From Ranitomeya imitator (lineage: Eukaryota), in the NCBI RefSeq assembly GCF_032444005.1, contig NC_091289.1:9052001-9116000 (forward strand): DNA of 64,000 bases, given 5' to 3'. Positions 11,536 to 23,904 of the stretch are shown here, piece by piece. Position 1 is the first letter of the stretch. The number at the start of each line of letters is the position of its first letter. Made by a program: the position numbers and the translations under genes. The notes beneath the pieces were generated by a model. The model was not told the origin of the DNA. It saw nothing but the letters and a program-made list of their open reading frames with translations, and did no database searches.

Positions 11536-14105
11536 TAAATGGGCCCAAACTCGGGCCAATGTCAGCACTTGTGAGACTGGTCCAGACCAATCCGATTGGT
11601 CTGAGACCTGTGTGTGTTCCCATTATAAGACTATAAGGTCGGGGGAGCGCCGCTCATGCATGACATTGGAATATAGTGCGCTAACATAACACACTTCTTA
11701 CAAAGCACGGTCACTAGATGCCCTGTAATAACTTGTAGCTATGCAGCAAAATCCCTTCAATTCAGCATCTAATCATCCCACGTCCTCATACACCCAGGTG
11801 GTCCAGGGTCTGCCACCCGCCTCGGGGGCTCAGCCCTTCTACAAATCTGGGTTTGTTGTCAGACACCAGCCCGGGTTGAGAATAGCGAAGTCGGCACCAG
11901 ACGATATTAGATCAATCTTATTTCACAGCACAAGGTAAAATTCCAAACACAATGACCGTTCCTGGAGCAAACGTCCTTCTACGTGATAGAGGCACTAGTG
12001 GGGGGCTTATCTGGGCCAGTATTCATGGGGGTCTGGAGGTGCAATGACGATTCACAGGGGAAGGCCTGGACCCCTCCTCGGACTCCCTCCTTCTCACATT
12101 GTATTCCGTCTTTGCTTCTTGGCGAGTCGCTTCTCTTTCCTAGAGCCGTTGTAGTTTCATCTGCCAATTTCTGCCCACGCATGTGACCGCTGCGCTGTAT
12201 CATTTAGATGTTACTCAGGAAGAACTAATGATAGAGAGACAACCGGGGGAAAAAAAACCACCCCGAACCCCCCAAACATATCCTTTCCGGAATCATCAGC
12301 TTCTGACAATATTTAGTCATATACGACTCTGTATAAACTGTGTGACAACCAATATAACCGCGATATGGATTCTGTGGAGGTTGTCACTCGCCTGTGGAGG
12401 TTGTCACTCGCTTCTCTGGCGATCTGAACGACAGATACATCACAGATCCATTCATCGCTCTTATCGAGGGACATCAGAACATGCAGGGGACAATCTCTGA
12501 GGACCTGACCCGGCTTCTGTTTCTCTTATCCTAATTTTTATGTTACACTTCATAAGAGCCTCAATAACAAAGGTAGATGAGTTACTAGATAGCAGCTTTA
12601 AATGCAAAGATTTTGCTCAATTTAGAATCAAGATTCGTTTCAAGTCTTCAGATTCCCCAGCAGACGGCAATGGGACTGGTCACACCCAATTTCCATTGAC
12701 CTCCATGGAGTATGACGGTCATGGTCACGCGGTCGGCAGATTTCCATTGGAGCACCAGTGTTGCAACGCAGCTCTGGCATTGTAAGAGTTAACACTCAGC
12801 TGGTGCAAAACGCGCGTCGGGGTCTCGCAGTTTGCACTGGAACAGTAAGTGACCTATAAGGGAGAGATTCGCTGCATCGTCTTTATCTTCTATGAGCAGT
12901 TACTTATCTGTATCAGTAAGTGGTTATGTTATAGGTTCATGTACTGAAATTATGTAACACCTATAGATCTATTTATTTATTCACTGTTCAGTAAATATTT
13001 ACTCAATTACTTCTCTACTTGCACCTAATGTTTCATTGCCCGTTGTGATTCCTACACTGCCTTTGTGGTGCTGTACAATGTTCAGCTTTTTTTCTGAATC
13101 ATTATTGATAGATATAATACGATTTATTAAAGATTGATCATATTTTCACTTTTCGCCTCACTGACAGGAGTAGTTAACACTAGTCTGTCTGTGTTTGGGC
13201 CTACAGAGAATCAAGTGCTGTCAGGAATCCATATAAGACATTTCATCTATGACACCTTCATGTGATACATTGTATCACCCTGCAGGTCACATGACACAGC
13301 ACTGCAGGCATGGGAACAAGTAGCAGAAATACACAGAAATGAGTAAAGTATTCGCCTGCAGCCATGGTCAGATGATGTTCCCTCCATACTGACTGTGAAT
13401 AACAGGCAGTGCACGGGTGTGGCGTCAAATATTGTGCTGCACACAAGTCTGGGGATAGTGTTACACTGTGACATGTTCCCAGCTGATGTATATACAGGAG
13501 ATATAGGATACACAGAACCAGGGATACAATGCAGACTGGGGATGGGCGCTAAGATGGCACTGCCTAGCTCTGTAACATGACCCAACTGCCTGAGCAAGGG
13601 AAGGTGCCTAGCTCCTCCATAAGGCACACACAATATACAATAAAGGTGGGCAGGAGGTTATAGGCTGGGGTGGAGGAGGGGGCTTCTGTGGGGTTGGAGG
13701 GGGAGCAGGGAAAGTTTGTGGTCTGGAGCTGAGCCAAGTTGAGGGAATAATAGCAGAGGTGGAGGGATGAGCAGGCACCAGACATTATAATAATAATCTT
13801 TATTATAGGGTCTGTACAGGGCTGCTGGACAATGACCATACAGGCTATTACTGCTGCAGCTGCGCCTGCCCTGGGTGCACACTGGATTCTGCAGCCTTTT
13901 TTATGGCACTGACCTCCTAGTTTGCTGCATTGCAGCCCAGACTCAGACATCACAAGTGCAATGGCACAGGGATGCCCAAACCTGACTGCTGGGGGCTGGC
14001 GATGGACCCAGAGTAACAGCGCAGGGAGGGTGGCACTGGCTGCAGGGAGGGTGGCACTGGCTGCAGGGATGGGAACGCTGCCCGGGCAGAGCAGGGAGCA
14101 CTCAC

Positions 14106-14163
14106 CTTTCACCTGGTTCTCATAGTCAGCGATGATCTCCTTGTCCTTCTTGAACCTGGACAT
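14106..14163 (-). CDS. SRGAP3: SLIT-ROBO Rho GTPase-activating protein 3, first coding exon only (F-BAR N-terminus)
   Basis: ATG at 14163 gives MSRFKKDKEIIADYENQVK + 1 nt, then donor G|GTGAG. Matches the srGAP N-terminus FKKDKEIIAEYEAQIK and its phase-1 first intron. Paralogue assigned by adjacency to THUMPD3. Exon 2 not found, so intron 1 exceeds 14 kb. Confidence 0.85.
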
Positions 14164-14489
14164 GATGCTGCCCGGCTGGGTGCCCGGTGCCCAGTGTTGG
14201 CTCCCTGAGAATCAGTGCACTGGATCCCCGGGAGATCCCCCTCCACCCAGCTGGGGAGATCACCTGCAGAGCCGCCCGGCACACATGGGGCTCAGCATCG
14301 CTCTGCACCGGGCTCTGCACGGATTGTTTTCCTTTTCGCCTTCTTTCTTTTCTTGCTGCTGCTGCAGGGTTGAATTGAGGCTGCACGTCAGCGGCTCCTC
14401 CCAGCTCCTCCACAACAGATCTGCTGCTGCTGCTGGACACCCAGTGCACACTCCCAGCAGCCTGCCAGACACTGCATTGCCCTGCCTGA

Positions 14490-16020
14490 TCACTGCATCA
14501 TCATCACCACTGCATGCAAATAGTGCATCATTAGCTCCATCACTGCATCATCTCCATCACTGCATCATTATCTCCATCACTGCATGCATTTACTGCATCA
14601 TCATCTCCATCACTGCATCATCATCTCCATCACTGCATCATTATCTCCATCACTGCATCATTATCTCCACTGCATACAATTACTGCATCATTATCTCCAT
14701 CACTGCATGCAAATACTGCATCATCTCCATCAATTTACTGCATCATTATCTCCATCACTGCATACAATTACTGCATCATTAGGCTACTTTCACACTGGCG
14801 TTTTTTTTTTATACGTCACAATGCATCGTTTAGGGGAAAAAACACATCCTGCAAAGTTGTTTGCAGGATGCGTTTTTGCCCCATAGAGTTACATTACCGA
14901 CGCATTGCGACGTATTGACACACGTCGCAACCATCTTGCGTCGGTTGCGCTGTGTTGTGGCGGACCGCCAGGAGCAAAAAACGTTAAATGTAACGTTTTT
15001 TGCAGCCGACGGACCGCTTTTTCTGACCACGCATGCGCGGCCGGAACTCCGCCCCCACCTCCCCGCACCTCACAATGGGGCAGCGGATGCGCCGGAGAAA
15101 TGCATCCGCTGCACCCGTTGTGCGGCACAACAAACGCTAGCGTCGGAATCTCGTCCAGACGCACTGCGACGGGCCGAATCCAACGCTAGTGTGAAAGTAG
15201 CCTTAGCTCCATTACTGCATCATTAGCTCCATCACTGCATCATCTCCATCACTGCATCATTATCTCCATCACTGCATACAATTACTGCATCATTATCTCC
15301 ATCAATTTACGGCATCATTTGCTCCATCTCTGCATGCAAATTACTGCATCATTATCTCCATCACTGCATACAATTACTGCATCATTAGCTCCGTCACTGC
15401 ATCATCTCCATCACTGCATGCATTTACTGCATCATTATCTACATCAGTGCATACAATTACTGCATCATTATCTCCATCACTGCATGCATTTACAGCATCA
15501 TTATCTCCATCACTGCATCATTATCTCCATCACTGCATCATCTCCATCACTGCATGCTTACTGCATCATCATCTACATCACTGCATCATTATCTCCATCA
15601 CTGCATGCATTTACTGCATCATCATCTACATCACTGCATCATCATCTACATCACTGCATCATCATCTACATCACTGCATCATTATCTCCATCACTGCATC
15701 ATCTCCATCACTGCATGCTTACTGCATCATCATCTACATCACTGCATCATTATCTCCATCACTGCATGCATTTACTGCATCATCATCTACATCACTGCAT
15801 AATTATCTCCATCACTGCATGCATTTACTGCATCATTATCTCCATCACTGCATCATTATCTCCATTACTGCATACAATTACTGCATCATTATCTCCATCA
15901 CTGCATGCAATTGCTGCATCATTATTTCCACCACTTGATCCTGTTACTGCATTATTTCCATCACTGCATCATCATCTGATTCCCTGCTTACAGTTACTGC
16001 ATCATTCTCTCAGTCACTGC
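14490..16020. repeat. Degenerate CATCACTG / CATCATTATCTC minisatellite just upstream of SRGAP3
   Basis: Reiterated CTGCATCATTATCTCCATCA units; source of the His/Ile/Ser pseudo-ORFs. Confidence 0.9.
14782..15202. mobile_element. MITE, PIF/Harbinger-like, inserted in the CAT minisatellite
   Basis: TIR GGCTACTTTCACACT; exact TTA TSD; removing it restores the repeat unit CTGCATCATTAGCTCC. Confidence 0.9.
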
Positions 16021-17064
16021 ATGTAGCCAACTCTCCCATCTATCCAGTCACCTCATGCTCTTCTGCTTTGTCATCTCCAGTCGCTGCATCCTTTTTCATG
16101 GTCAGTGGTTCCCTCACTCCTCTGCATGGATTGCATGTAAACCTGTAGTCAGTGCATGCTTATGTGCATCCTGTTCTCCCATACCTCCTCTTACTGCATG
16201 CAGTTTCTGCATCCTTCTGCAGTTGCCCCAGCCTCCTCTCCTCTATAACAATGCCTTCTCATCTCCAGCATTTATTGCATCATCCCTAATTATTGCATCC
16301 TTTTCTGCCATCACTGCTTTCCTCACTCATTCACTACATTTTCCTTCTCACTCACTGCATGCATTTACTGCATCCACATCTCCAACACTGCATCCAGTCC
16401 TTGTAGTTCCCCCCTTTATGTGCAGTCACTGCATTCTCCTCTCCAGTGACTGCATGCACCCCCCTGGTCACTGCACTTATATGCAGCCTGTGCTCCCCAT
16501 TCTCCACCCCCACTGCTTCCTTCTATGCAGCAGCTCCTGGCAGACACTGCAGCCCCCATCTGGACCACCTGCAGTCACTGCTTTCTTTCCTCCTATACCT
16601 CAGTCCTGTCTGCTCCTCAGTCATTTGCAGCAATGTTGTTACTGGCACAACCCACCACACAGCAACTGTGAATCTGGCAGCACTGGGAGTAGTATGAATC
16701 AGGCCCAATTTGGCAGCATCACCAGCCTTGTGTTGCCTGATATTTCTGTCACTGTGAAGTTTTATTGACTAAACTTCCCAGACCAGAAGGTTTCTCTGCC
16801 TCTGGGTGCAAACAACATCATTCACTGACAGCAAACTGAGACCTAGAAACCTATCACAGTGAATGTGAACATATACCAATAATTATTGCTAATTCATTAG
16901 ATAATCGGTGATGCACAGTTTCTGACACACAGCTCCAAATCCCCTGCTCCTTTCATACAGCCAAAATGTACCTAGCATTTTTCTACCTATATTCTCCTGT
17001 AGGGGGAGCTGATTGCATATGGGTTTATTATTGAAGTCTGCGACTTGCTTGAATCTATATAAAT

Positions 17065-18687
17065 GGAGCTCCCCCTAGTGGTGGCTGCAGACAGAATATT
17101 ATCATGTATCTCTGTATACAGGGAGCTCCCCCTAGTGGTGACTGCAGACAGAATCTTATCATGTAACTCTGTATACAGGGAGCTCCCCCTAGTGGTGACT
17201 GCAGACAGGATCTTATCATGTATCTCTGTATACAGGGAGCTCCCCCTAGTGGTGACTGCAGACAGGATCTTATCATGTATCTCTGTATACAGGGAGCTCC
17301 CCCTAGTGGTGGCTGCAGACAGGATCTTATCATGTATCTCTGTATACAGGGAGCTCCCCCTAGTGGTGACTGCAGACAGAATCTTATCATGTATCTCTGT
17401 ATACAGGGAGCTCCCCCTAGTGGTGACTGCAGACAGGATCTTATCATGTAACTCTGTATACAGGGAGCTCCCCCTAGTGGTGACTGCAGACAGGATCTTA
17501 TCATGTATCTCTGTATACAGGGAGCTCCTCCTAGTGGTGACTGCAGACAGAATCTTATCATGTATCTCTGTATACAGGGAGCTCCCCCTAGTGGTGACTG
17601 AAGACAGGATCTTATCATGTATCTCTGTATACAGGGAGCTCCCCCTAGTGGTGGCTGCAGACAGAATCTTATCATGTATCTCGTACACAGGGAGCTCCCC
17701 CTAGTGGTGACTGCAGACAGGATCTTATCATGTATCTCTGTAGACAGGGAGCTCCCCCTAGTGGTGACAGCAGACAGGATCTTATCATGTATCTCTGTAT
17801 ACAGGGAGCTCCCCCTAGTGGTGACTGCAGACAGAATCTTATCATGTATCTCTGTATACAGGGAGCTCCCCCTAGTGGTGACTGCAGACAGAATCTTATC
17901 ATGTATCTCTGTATACAGGGAGCTCCCCCTAGTGATGGCTGCAGACAGGATCTTATCATGTATCTCTGTATACAGGGAGCTCCCCCTAGTGGTGGCTGCA
18001 GACAGGATCTTATCATGTATCTCTGTATACAGGGAGCTCCCCCTAGTGGTGACTGCAGACAGGATCTTATCATGTATCTCTGTATACAGGGAGCTCCCCC
18101 TAGTGGTGACTGCAGACAGGATCTTATCATGTATCTCTGTATACAGGGAGCTCCTCCTAGTGGTGACTGCAGACAGGATCTTATCATGTATCTCTGTATA
18201 CAGGGAGCTCCCCCTAGTGGTGGCTGCAGACAGAATCTTATCATGTATCTCTGTATACAGGGAGCTCCTCCTAGTGGTGACTGCAGACAGGATCTTATTA
18301 TGTATCTCTGTATACAGGGAGCTCCCCCTAGTGGTGACTGCAGACAGAATCTTATCATGTATCTCTGTATACAGGGAGCTCCCCCTAGTGGTGACTGCAG
18401 ACAGAATCTTATCATGTATCTCTGTACACAGGGAGCTCCCCCTAGTGGTGACTGCAGACAGAATCTTATCATGTATCTCTGTACACAGGGAGCTCCCCCT
18501 AGTGGTGACTGCAGACAGAATCTTATCATGTATCTCTGTATACAGGGAGCTCCCCCTAGTGGTGGCTGCAGACAGGATCTTATCATGTATCTCTGTATAC
18601 AGGGAGCTCCCCCTAGTGGTGACTGCAGACAGAATCTTATCATGTATCTCTGTACACAGGGAGCTCCCCCTAGTGGTGGCTGCAGAC
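17065..18687. repeat. 57-bp minisatellite, about 28 copies
   Basis: Unit GGGAGCTCCCCCTAGTGGTGACTGCAGACAGGATCTTATCATGTATCTCTGTATACA. Confidence 0.97.
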
Positions 18688-20856
18688 TGACAGCATTTAG
18701 TCATATATCTTTATGGCTATTTGAAGAAAATAAGTGTTCCCGCTCTGGAGCTTCTTTATCTGTATATCATTATAGGTGGTGAACATTACGCATGTACATT
18801 GGTACCATGTGTTACGCTGTGCTGTTCCACTGTTTCAGTGGATGGTGCACGTCAGCCGTGTGACCCAAGCTGTTTATTTTGGACGCTCGGCGAGCTCAGG
18901 ATTTCACTGGAATACGTTGAGCGTAAAGTGGAATTTACAGCAGAGCCAGTGAATGAGCCGAGACCCATCCAAAGGTTGCAGATGTTTCCTGGGGTTTCGG
19001 AATTTAGGTCGGGCCTGGAGACGGATCCGAGTGAGTGAAGCAGCGATATTGGCTGCATCCCGAGAGCATGGAGAAAAGCAGAATAATGCGGGGTAATAAG
19101 TGCAAGTGGCTCCCTGGAGGGCTGACGGGATGGTGAATGTCCACAAGAATAGGACTGTGACGTAGCCGAACACTCCACACCTGTAGGCCTGCTGAGCCAC
19201 TGTATCTAAGCCATTATCTGTGATACGGTCTGTGTACCTCAGCTTATCATATGTGCTAATAAGCCTGTATGTCTAAGCGTATCTAAGCCTTGGTGAGTGA
19301 TACAGTCTGGAGATCCCCGCAGCACTACAGCCCCCATCATGTGCTGTTACTGATGGTCAGACGTCCCGGGAAGCTTGCTGTCAGTGAATGGAGTCATGAA
19401 TGAGTTTAATTGTTTCCTCATTTTGATGCTGGATGATGCATCGTGCGGTGAGAAATAAATGCTGAGAACACCAACACAAAGTGCTCATTCTGTGCCGGGG
19501 ACTGGCTCAGCCAGGCCCGCAATAATAAGTCATTGAGGCAACAGACAAGGAACTGGGGATGCATGCTAATGTCATGGCTCAGGAGCGAGGAGACGACGCA
19601 GGGCCCAGATCCCTGCGCTGTGATCTACTATGGAGGGATCTATAGGGTTTTATGTAATGGGGTATTCCTATTGTATAAAGTCTTGATCAATCACCACATA
19701 TTTTGGGGGGTCCTCCACCCGTCTGTACGTAAAGGAGCTGCAGCATCGGCTGCATTCACTGCGTTTCCTTCCCAGCAGCGCTCCGTCCACCCGCAGTGCA
19801 GAAAACTGCAGAAACAGCAATGATAATCCGGGGCCTATGTGTCCATAACTGTTTCAATATCTCTGCTTGCTGTCAAGTGGGGAATATTTTCCAGAGGCTG
19901 AAAACATCTGCATAGAGTGAGAGCTGAGAGTTTCTTACACTTGCACCCAGTCTGGATAATCATGGACTTCAGACTGATACATTGTTCCTGCACTGATACA
20001 CTGTAACAAAATATCAGCACAGGAGGGATTTGTACTGTTGATGTGTTTCTCTCACAGAGGATTGTACCACCGACTCAGGGACGGGTCTGTGCAAGTTTCC
20101 GCCGGTAGATAAGAACGCTCCCACTGACAGCAAGCAGAGATCCGGGCAATGGTGACAATTTAAAGCACAAGAATTAGTAGAATCTTGCAGAATTTTTTTA
20201 TTATGTTCCTACAGATAGAAACTTCACGTTATCAGTCAGTGTGGGGGATGGGTTATAAAGGTTTGTGCATTACTCTATGGGTCCGGATCGCCCCTTTCGC
20301 AGTCACGTCTCTGATTTCGGCAGTTTGTCGGTTTCCTCCTCCAGGGTTCATACGACTCATTCTCTATAGCTGGACCCCGGCTGTGAGACCATTATGTAAT
20401 CTGTTTGAGGGTCATTGCCCCCCGATATGGGGTCTGAAGCCAGCTCCCCCCTTGTCTGGCGGCCCCGGTCACTTCTCTGCTTTTCACAGAGACTTTCCCT
20501 TTCCTCCAGCTTCCAGCAATGACCGTGATTGAGGGCAAATCGGAGAAAGTGGAGTTAAAGGGGAATCAAATACATTCATTTTGATGGATGTTCCCTTCCC
20601 AGATCAGTCCCCTCTGCCTTTATTATCCAGATCTTATTTTTTACTGCATGTTATGCCACATATATGGGGCTGACAACCAATATGGCTGCTAGTACAGAGC
20701 AACTGCAGGTTGTCATCCAGCTTTTCATCCTGATGATGGTAATTCTGACTTTATACACCCAGATCACGGGAAATCAAAGCACATTTGTTCTTCAGGTCCT
20801 GGTAAGACGCATGACAGCATGGCAATCATAGGAGGAAGGGGAGAGGCCGAGCTGAT

Positions 20857-21190
20857 GGCTCGGTTCACATTGCGTTTTAATGTGAGCGCTAGCGGACAGC
20901 GTTGCACGGCGAAATTAACGCCGTGCAACGCGTCCGTTAGCGCTCCCATTGCCCGCAATGTTAAAGCGCATTGCTAGCGCGTGTCATTTTCGGCACGCGC
21001 TAGCGATGTGCTGTTCTTTTGTAGCGCGCCTCGGACGTTGCTTGCAGCGTCCGCGGCGGGCCCGAGGTCCGTTCCGTTCGGGGATCTGCGAGAGCGGGGA
21101 CGTTTAACGCGACCCCGAAAAAGACATTGCGTTAGCGCAACCCGCTAGCGCTTAGCGCTAAACGGGTTGCACTAACGCAGTGTGACCCCA
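20857..21190. mobile_element. Degenerate CpG-rich MITE (Harbinger-like termini)
   Basis: GGCTCGGTTCACATTGCGTT ... AACGCAGTGTGACCCC imperfect TIRs; TSD not clear. Confidence 0.5.
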
Positions 21191-21199
21191 AAGTCTGAT

Positions 21200-21570
21200 C
21201 TGGGGTGGGGTCTTATTATATAGGGCCTGGTCTGGAGTCTGAATTAATTTAGGGGTCTGGTTTGGGGGTCTTATTATATAGGGCCTGGTCTGGAGTCTGA
21301 ATTAATTTAGGGGTCTGGTCTGGAGTCTGAATTAATTTAGGGGTCTGGTCTGGAGTCTGAATTAATTTAGGGGTCTGGTTTGGGGGTCTTATTATATAGG
21401 GTCTGGTCTGGAGTCTGAATTAATTTAGGGGTCTGGTCTGGAGTCTGAATTAATTTAGGGGTCTGGTCTGGAGTCTGAATTAATTTAGGGGTCTGGTCTG
21501 GAGTCTGAATTAATTTAGGGGTCTGGTTTGGGGGTCTGAATTAATTTAGGGGTCTGGTTTGGGGTCTGAA
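21200..21570. repeat. About 30-bp minisatellite GGGGTCTGGTCTGGAGTCTGAATTAATTTA with a TTATTATATA variant
   Basis: Direct reiteration, about 12 units. Confidence 0.9.
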
Positions 21571-23904
21571 TTAAAGCGGCTGCACCAAGGATATTTACTA
21601 TAGATATGATAGTGGATAACTATATCTGGGGATCCAATTGCTGAGACCCCCAATGATTGTGAAAATCAGTGTCCCGTAGTAATGGAGCGGAGGTCCAGCA
21701 CTCTGTTGTCTAAGGTACGGTCATGAATTGCCAAGTCACATTGTTGGGGTCAGGGGGGTCCCAACAATCGGCTCCCCGAGCAATCAATCATTTATTCCCT
21801 ACCCCCCTATTCTTTGGGGTTATCCTATATACTTGCTACATCCCCATTAATGTAGGGGTCTCGTTTAGGGTCTGCATTAGTTAGAAGTCTGGTCTGATGT
21901 CATAATTTAAGGGTCTGAGCCCATGACCTAATCTGCCATTGCTGACAACCCCGGTGTGGTCTGTCCCGGCAGTATAGATGGTTGTCACCGAGCTTTTCCT
22001 GGAGCAGATACAAATAACATTCTATTATTTCTGGAAAGTGAAGGATGTGGAAGCTTCAGATATGGCCGGCACCTGCTCCATATCCAGTGCACCCAGCTTG
22101 CCCCCCACCCTGTCCTTCGCCCGCTGCCCCCTCCTCACGCTCGCCCTCATTGATCTGCCTCCGGGCCATGGCAGGGGCCTGGGAAGTTGTGATTGTGCAG
22201 TACTGAGCACATAGTGTCCCCATTGTCCGGCAGCAGCAGTAATTCAGCGCTGCTTCTATCTCCCCCCCCCCCCGGTCGCCCCCATTATAACTGGGCATTC
22301 AGAGGAATCGCAGTCCCATAGGGTGGGGCGGGGGGCTAAGCCTTTTCTGTATAGGGAATCATTCAAGTGTTAGAGCCCCTTCTCCACCCAGCAGCTGAGA
22401 TGCTCTGTAGTATCACGGGGTGTGATGGAGTTTTGCAGGGGGGCTGCGTACACGGCCCCTTCCCAATTAAACAAAGCCCCCCCTCCGCTGTTTAGAATTC
22501 TTAAAGGGGCTGATCAGGGCAGAAGAGCATAATCCTTGTATAATGGAAAGCCCTGCAACTTTCTACTATGCTACGTGTTTCAATCCATCACCATTTTCAA
22601 GACCTCTGCTTGCTGTGAGGGATATGGTAACATTAACCGTTCCCAAATCTGAAAACTGATTCTCTGAGCTGAAAACGGAGGCACAAATCTTCTGTCCTAT
22701 ATTTACCTACACTGATACATTGTAACAAATCTCAGCTGACACGTGACCATAGCTGATACAGTCCTGCATTAGATAGTAAGGACGGCTGGACAACGACTGT
22801 ATCTGGGGTGGGTCTATCGGGCCGCGGTCACACCGATCCAGTATATTTGACTCCTGCCCAATGTAATGGCCAAATAACACCGTGCAATAAGCGTCATATA
22901 ACGGATGGATCCACCTTGTGGCCACTGCAGGTATTACATGTATTGTAAGGTGATCAAAATGTGACTATTCCCAGAACTGAAAGTTATCCCCTACCTATAG
23001 TATAGGACTTAGTAATCATAAGGGATCTGCCCGCTGGGACCCTGAGTAGTAGGAAGTGGTCCCTTTAAGAGCCACAAGGACCCTTTACAGTGGCATAACT
23101 TGAAACTCATGGGCCCCGATGCGAAAGCTCCAACGGGACCCCCGAATATTTTAAATCTTTAATAGCAATAGTCTTTTTCTATAGATCAAAGTGACTTTTA
23201 GGGCCCCCTAGGCTCCAGGGCCCGGGTGCGATTGCAGAGGCAGGGTAGCGGCTCTGACGAGAAAATGCGGTGCTGGAGCATCAAAAGGGCCGTGTCCCGA
23301 ATGTGCGGACCTGCCCCTGGGTATCCCCTAAGCCCCAGCGGTGGCCACACACCGGCCACGTGCCTGCTCTGCTTTACTTCTTCCTGCTAAAATGTCAAAC
23401 AGCCAAATGGACCCCAATACAGACAATAAGGTCTGTTTGGGTTCATCGTGGGACAGAATCAATAACGGCACAGAAACTCCAGTGTGAAGGCAAACTCTGC
23501 AAAGAGCAGATATTAACCATGAGGGATGGAAACGGTTAACAGTATTTGCTGCAGACGAATTTGTGATCTTTTACGAGCAAAGTGTGGCTGTCTACGATTT
23601 ATCGATGGAGGAGGAAAAAAAGGGAAATGTGGATCTAACGTGAAGGGCAGTAATAAAAAAAAAAAATCAGGACAAAAATCTGTTTACAGCTGGACGCACC
23701 TCAAAATGAGTCAGCCCCCAATATGATCGCTGGTGCAATGTGAAGATCCTGGACCCCTATGCAAAATCTGCAAGAGACCCCTACGGTGCCAGGCCAGGGG
23801 GGACACAGCGACTTCCTCCCCTCTGGAAGAAAAATGGACATGGAAGAAAACGTCTGCGTTCTCGTCTTGGGATAATGGAGAGTTCTCCAAGGAGAGGGAC
23901 CGGT

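Noticed and set aside
12372-12411. Exact 20-bp direct duplication (a similar 21-bp one lies at about 14030-14070)
   Set aside because: Simple slippage duplications with no intervening element
12530-13150. Possible Penelope-type repeat end or hammerhead ribozyme near AAACGCGCGTCGGGG
   Set aside because: No CTGANGA...GAAA core with pairing stems found by eye; no RT or endonuclease remnant
13564-14105. Remainder of the 199-aa minus ORF after MSRFKKDKEIIADYENQVK
   Set aside because: Read-through into intron 1 past a canonical GTGAG donor; no srGAP similarity
14132-16026. His-rich ORFs resembling histidine-rich proteins
   Set aside because: Translations of the CAT minisatellite in several overlapping frames
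16987-18782. Overlapping 200-550-aa ORFs on both strands
   Set aside because: 57-bp unit is a multiple of 3; open in several frames, no splice or domain support
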